Part shown: piece by piece, positions 60,129 through 64,000 of the stretch | Layout: the number at the start of each line of letters is the position of its first letter | How positions within the stretch are numbered: the first letter of the stretch is position 1 | Source: Clostridia bacterium | GTDB lineage: Bacteria; Bacillota; Clostridia; Christensenellales; Aristaeellaceae | Length of the DNA: 64,000 nt | Reading direction: 5' to 3' | NCBI GenBank assembly: GCA_017412715.1 | Contig: JAFPWU010000031.1 | Span: 1-64,000, forward strand | Position numbers and translations under genes: made by a program | The notes under the pieces: model-generated | What the model was told of the DNA's origin: nothing | The model's input: only the letters and a program-made list of their open reading frames with translations | The model's database searches: none

Positions 60129-61193
60129 TTACAGGCTGCTCATTACGCCCGCCATGGGCAGCATCATGCTCAGCAGGATCGCCCCGATGACAATGCTCAG
60201 CAGCGCCACCAGCACGGGCTCAATCAGGGAGATCAGCCGGTTCAGGTCATCCTCCACCTGCTCCTCGTATACTTCCGCGATTTTGGCCATCACCTGGGGC
60301 TCATGACCGGAGGCGGCCCCGATCTTCAGAACCCGATTGTAAAAATCGCTGAACAGTCCGCTGGAGGAAACCGCGTCCGCGAATGTCTCGCCTTTCTCCA
60401 TCTCCGCCTGGATCCCCTTCACCCTGGCAATGGATTCTCCGTCATCCAGGGCATTGGCGGCCATATCCAGCGCGTTCTCAATGGGGAAACCGCCCTGGAG
60501 CATCATCCCCAGCATTCCGGCGATCCGGGATGCGGAGAGCTTCCGGCTGATCCGCTGGACCGGCGGCAGCAGGTTCCGCAGGAAAGCCATGGTCCTGTCC
60601 CGGTGCTTCGTCCGCATCAGGATCACCACCGTCACCGCGGCCAGGATCAGAAGGCCGATCAGGGCCAGCACAATCCATCCCGCCACGGTGCCCGCATTCA
60701 TCAGCTTCACGGAGGATCCGCTGGAATCCACTCCCAGGGAACCCAGCACCCTGCGGAACACGGGCATCACCCGCCAGAGCAGCACCGCAATGATGACGAC
60801 CATCATGATGCCCAGCACCAGCGGATAGCTCACCGCGCTGGCGGCCGCGTCCCGGATCTTCCCTTCCCGCAGGTAGTAGGAGGAAAGATTCCGCATGATC
60901 TCCTCCAGCCGGCCCGTTTCCTCCCCGATGCCCACCATTTCAATCATATAGTGGGGCCACTCCGCTTCCCTTTCCTTCATGGCGATGTAAAGGGAACCGG
61001 TTTCCTCCATGGTTTCCCGCATCAGGGAATAGGGTCTCGTCCTGGCTCCGTTCTTCTCCTCGTCCTCGGCCAGCATGTCTATGCCGTCCCGCAGCGTCAT
61101 GCCGGATTCCAGCATCAGGGCAATCTGGTCGCAGAAAACGCTCAGCTCCTCCGATGTGAGCATCGTGCCGCTCTTTTCCTTCTCATTGGCCAT
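60129..61193 (-). CDS. Type II secretion / type IV pilus platform protein, GspF/PilC/TadBC family
   Basis: ATG at 61193 with RBS GGGGAGGAAC. T2SS-F family topology: cytoplasmic domain, then 3 TM helices (LGIMMVVIIAVLLW..., IVLALIGLLILAAVTVVIL, VLVALLSIVIGAILLSMMLP). Confidence 0.8.
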   Translation of the reverse strand: MANEKEKSGTMLTSEELSVFCDQIALMLESGMTLRDGIDMLAEDEEKNGARTRPYSLMRETMEETGSLYIAMKEREAEWPHYMIEMVGIGEETGRLEEIMRNLSSYYLREGKIRDAAASAVSYPLVLGIMMVVIIAVLLWRVMPVFRRVLGSLGVDSSGSSVKLMNAGTVAGWIVLALIGLLILAAVTVVILMRTKHRDRTMAFLRNLLPPVQRISRKLSASRIAGMLGMMLQGGFPIENALDMAANALDDGESIARVKGIQAEMEKGETFADAVSSSGLFSDFYNRVLKIGAASGHEPQVMAKIAEVYEEQVEDDLNRLISLIEPVLVALLSIVIGAILLSMMLPMAGVMSSL

Positions 61194-61278
61194 TCCCGTG
61201 TTCCTCCCCTGTTTTGTGTTTCCCCGAAAAAAGCGGAAACCCGTCAGTTGCGCAGATGGATCGCCTTTCGGCACGCTC

Positions 61279-62097
61279 CTAATAATACCGCTCCACCGTA
61301 TAGGTTCCGTTGCTGATCGCGTTCAGCGCCGCGGTGGGATCGAAGAACTCTTCCTTTCCGCCCACGTTGGCCGTCACCCAGGCATGATAGGTGGATGCGT
61401 TCAGCATCCCGATCATCAGTCTGGCCGGCACCCCCTGGCTGCGCAGCATGGCCACCATAATGGCGGCCAGATCCTGGCAGATGCCCATATGCTTCTCCCA
61501 GGCCTCATCGATCTGGGGCAGCTGTCCCGCCCTGACCGTAACGGACTTGATATAATCGTAGGCGAAATGGGACTTCATATAATCGCAGATCGTTTTATAA
61601 ATCTGTTTTTGATCCGTCTGGCCCTTGCAGATTTTGTCCGCCTCAATCACCGCCTTGGTATCCGCCTTGAAGTTCACATATTGATTTGGATACAGAAATG
61701 CCATTTTCTCATCCGGCATATCCGCTTTCAAGGACACCTTGCCCTCTTCGGAATACTTTTTGCCGCTGACATTCTTATACAGGGTCAGGGTATACTTCCC
61801 GTTCCCGTACTGCAGGGGAAAGACCTCGTATTCCCCTTTGGTATTCAGGTCATAGGTCAGGGTGCTGTCTCCCTTTTTAACCCGAACCTTCAGCTTCTTC
61901 TTGCTCTTGGAGGCCCTGACCATAATATATCCCTGATCCATATGGGAATAATCCACCACCAGGCTGCCGCTTTTCTTTGTTTTCTTGCCGGTCTGAGGGG
62001 TCAGCACCTCCGCAAAGCAGAGCAGCCCGATCATGAGCACCAGCGCAACGGAAGCACACTGGATGATGATCTTTCTCCAGTCCGTTCTCTGTCTCAT
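61279..62097 (-). CDS. Membrane-anchored transglutaminase-like (Cys-His-Asp) domain protein, Lys-rich, lower-GC segment
   Basis: ATG at 62097 with RBS GGAGGTGAGG. N-terminal TM helix. C-terminal transglutaminase core with a CxD Cys motif (GICQDLAAIMVAMLRSQGVPARLMIG...HAW). Confidence 0.7.
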   Translation of the reverse strand: MRQRTDWRKIIIQCASVALVLMIGLLCFAEVLTPQTGKKTKKSGSLVVDYSHMDQGYIMVRASKSKKKLKVRVKKGDSTLTYDLNTKGEYEVFPLQYGNGKYTLTLYKNVSGKKYSEEGKVSLKADMPDEKMAFLYPNQYVNFKADTKAVIEADKICKGQTDQKQIYKTICDYMKSHFAYDYIKSVTVRAGQLPQIDEAWEKHMGICQDLAAIMVAMLRSQGVPARLMIGMLNASTYHAWVTANVGGKEEFFDPTAALNAISNGTYTVERYY

Positions 62098-62188
62098 GAC
62101 CTCACCTCCGGTCCTTCTTCGATCCCAGAGCACAGTCTCCATCGCCTTACAGCATGCTCTTCCCGCGTTTGAGTTTTCATTACGGCCC

Positions 62189-62217
62189 AGTATATCACAT
62201 CTTCCGATCCAATACAA
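62189..62217 (-). promoter_or_regulatory. Putative promoter TTGTAT-17-TATACT (minus strand) for the transglutaminase–pilus operon
   Basis: Hexamers read directly ~90 nt upstream of the transglutaminase start. Confidence 0.4.
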
Positions 62218-62240
62218 AACATTTTTCGAGATTGTAATAA

Positions 62241-62272
62241 AGAGAGGCGGAGCACTCGTTTCTCCGCCTCCC
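62241..62272 (-). terminator. Intrinsic terminator after the SGNH hydrolase gene (gaggcggag..ctccgcctc + U-rich)
   Basis: Perfect 9-bp stem in the sense orientation followed by TCTTTATT. Confidence 0.6.
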
Positions 62273-62379
62273 CGATACTGTTTCCGCGGGATTTCCGGTT
62301 TATTCCATCCAGGCAATCATCCCCTTCGCTCGGGCGAGGTATATGAAGCCTTTGCGCAGGAACCGCCGCCGAAAAGCCT

Positions 62380-63048
62380 TTACTCATCCCTTTCCCGGAG
62401 CATTCCCGGCACGATCGCGGCCAGCGCTTCCGCCAGCTGGGCATGGCCCCTCCGGGTCAGATGCATGCAGTCCAGCCGGTTGAACTCCGCAACTCCTTCC
62501 GCATCCAGGAAACCGCACCCCTGCCGTTCTGCTGCTGCAGCAAAGTGACGGGACAGACCCCTGGATTTCTCCGGGCATCCGCGCCCCATCGCCTCTCCTT
62601 CCGGCACATCATACAGGCCTTCTCCGATATAAGGCGGCGCCACGACCAGGATCCGCGGTTTTTCATCCCGCCAGCAGGGAACCGACTTGGCCTTCATGAT
62701 CAGCCTCTCCAGGCCGATCCCGATACAGGCGGCATTCGCGCCGAATCGCTCCTTGGTATCATTGGTTCCGAGCATGATGATCAGCAGATCCACCGGTTCC
62801 TGGCTCATGAGCACGCTGTAGATCACATCCAGTCCCGCCATGCTTTCATGCAGCGGGTCTGAAAAAACGGTCGTCCTTCCGCTGAGCCCCTCTTCCAGCA
62901 CCAGTACGGAAGTCCCCAGCTTCTCCTGCAGGAGACAGGGCCAGCGTTCAGCTTCGTTAAAGCGGTTTCCGCCGTCAGCGCAGTCGTTTGGATCCGCGCA
63001 ATATCCGTGGGTATTGGAGTCTCCGAAGCAAATGATATGTTTCTTCAT
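62380..63048 (-). CDS. SGNH/GDSL-family hydrolase (lipase/esterase/acetylesterase-like)
   Basis: ATG at 63048 with RBS GGGGAAAGGA. Block I GDSNT (catalytic Ser), block III GTND, C-terminal DxxH. Confidence 0.8.
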   Translation of the reverse strand: MKKHIICFGDSNTHGYCADPNDCADGGNRFNEAERWPCLLQEKLGTSVLVLEEGLSGRTTVFSDPLHESMAGLDVIYSVLMSQEPVDLLIIMLGTNDTKERFGANAACIGIGLERLIMKAKSVPCWRDEKPRILVVAPPYIGEGLYDVPEGEAMGRGCPEKSRGLSRHFAAAAERQGCGFLDAEGVAEFNRLDCMHLTRRGHAQLAEALAAIVPGMLRERDE

Positions 63049-63091
63049 TTTTCCTTTCCCCAGTTCTGCGGTTTCCGGTGCGGATAGTCCG

Positions 63092-64000
63092 TCAGTCAGC
63101 AAACCGTTCTATGGCCTTCCGAATCCGTTCCGCGGTCTTTTCCACCTTCGGCATATCCTCCGGAATCAATCCCGGCATGGGTTTGCGTACAGATCCCAGC
63201 TCCAGCCCCTCGTTCAGCCGGAGGATGGCCTTAATCACGGAGTACATATTGCCATGGCATCCGCACATTTCCTCAATGATGGCGTTCGCCTCGTGCTGGA
63301 TGGGCAGCGCCTGCTCAGGGTGCCCTCCGCGGATCAGTTCATCCATCTTCAGGTACAGCTCCGGCATCACCCCGTAGGTTCCGCCAATGCCTCCAGTGGC
63401 TCCCCCGCAGCGCCCCGCCACGAACTGCTCGTCCGGGCCGTTAAACACCACGCAGTCCCGGCCGCCTTCCCGCAGGAAGATCTCAATGTCGTAGACGGGC
63501 ATGGAGGAATTCTTGACGCCGATCACCCGGGGATTTTTCCGCATCTCCCGGAACAGGCCCGGCGTCAGCGTGACCCCTGCCAGCTGGGGGATATTGTAGA
63601 TAATGAAGTCCGTCTTCGGCGCGGCGTTGGAAATCTCGTTCCAATATGCCGCGATGGCATATTCCGGAAGGCGGAAATAGATAGGAGGAATGCTGGCGAT
63701 GGCATCCACGCCCAGGCTTTCCGCATGGGCCGCCAGCTGGCAGGATTCCTGCGTGTTATTACAGGCCACGTGGGCAATCACGGTGCATTCGCCCCGGATC
63801 TCTTCCATGACCGCTTCCAGCAGCGCCATACGTTCCTCTTTTTCCTGGTAAATACATTCACCGGAGGAACCGCCAACATACAGTCCCTTTACTCCCTTGT
63901 TCACCAGATGTCGAGCCAGTTTTCTGACCCGTTCGGGGCTGATCTGGTCCTTTTCGTCGTAGCAGGCATAGAATGCCGGAATAACCCCCTGGTATTTTTC
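63092..64000 (-). CDS. DapA/NanA-family aldolase (N-acetylneuraminate lyase / dihydrodipicolinate synthase-like); N-terminus runs off the window end
   Basis: GxxGE motif (VGGSSGE), Schiff-base Lys region (GVKNSS) and a Tyr motif. The minus-strand reading frame continues open past position 64000. Confidence 0.75.
   Translation of the reverse strand, partial: EKYQGVIPAFYACYDEKDQISPERVRKLARHLVNKGVKGLYVGGSSGECIYQEKEERMALLEAVMEEIRGECTVIAHVACNNTQESCQLAAHAESLGVDAIASIPPIYFRLPEYAIAAYWNEISNAAPKTDFIIYNIPQLAGVTLTPGLFREMRKNPRVIGVKNSSMPVYDIEIFLREGGRDCVVFNGPDEQFVAGRCGGATGGIGGTYGVMPELYLKMDELIRGGHPEQALPIQHEANAIIEEMCGCHGNMYSVIKAILRLNEGLELGSVRKPMPGLIPEDMPKVEKTAERIRKAIERFAD

Overview
This is a high-GC (~60%), strongly GC3-biased chromosomal segment from a Clostridia-type Firmicute, probably Oscillospiraceae/Ruminococcaceae-like. 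Almost all of it is coding. Because of the GC bias, the six-frame ORF track is full of long spurious antisense ORFs. Several real starts are GTG or TTG rather than ATG, and I reassigned them from RBS position and N-terminal homology.

What is in the window:
- Housekeeping genes: two tRNA-Ser, cysK, an AlaRS-family gene, the rpsF-ssb-rpsR operon, mnmA, a HAD–tmk fusion, hom, coaX, rpoB-rpoC, serA-serC and trmO.
- Transport: an Na+:alanine/glycine symporter, an SBP-permease-ATPase ABC importer, a MATE pump and a heterodimeric MdlAB-like ABC exporter.
- Carbohydrate use: GH4, GH36 alpha-galactosidase, GH31, GH94 cellobiose phosphorylase and a phosphodiester glycosidase.
- Aromatic amino-acid fermentation: iorA-iorB-paaK.

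Most interesting observations:
1. A SCIFF/ranthipeptide locus at 28396..30106. It consists of a 50-aa six-Cys precursor that is not in the ORF track (found by reading the minus strand), its own promoter, an intrinsic attenuator, and the radical-SAM/SPASM maturase.
2. An AlaRS-family protein of only 657 aa that ends right after the editing domain, so it has no C-Ala domain. It sits next to the symporter and has no T-box leader.
3. An FRG-domain protein wedged between the rpoC terminator and a 553-nt non-coding stretch upstream of coaX. That stretch looks like a decayed birA 3' remnant plus an attenuator-like leader.
4. A translationally coupled pilus-like operon: transglutaminase-like protein, T2SS-F platform, four membrane-anchored small proteins, then PilT. 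No PilB/GspE-type assembly ATPase, no recognisable major pilin and no prepilin peptidase are encoded in the locus.
5. A HAD-phosphatase–thymidylate kinase fusion.
6. A secreted ComEC-like MBL hydrolase with a Pro/Thr tandem-repeat linker.

No CRISPR arrays, IS elements or integrases were seen. Nothing here could be checked against databases; every family assignment rests on motif recognition by eye.
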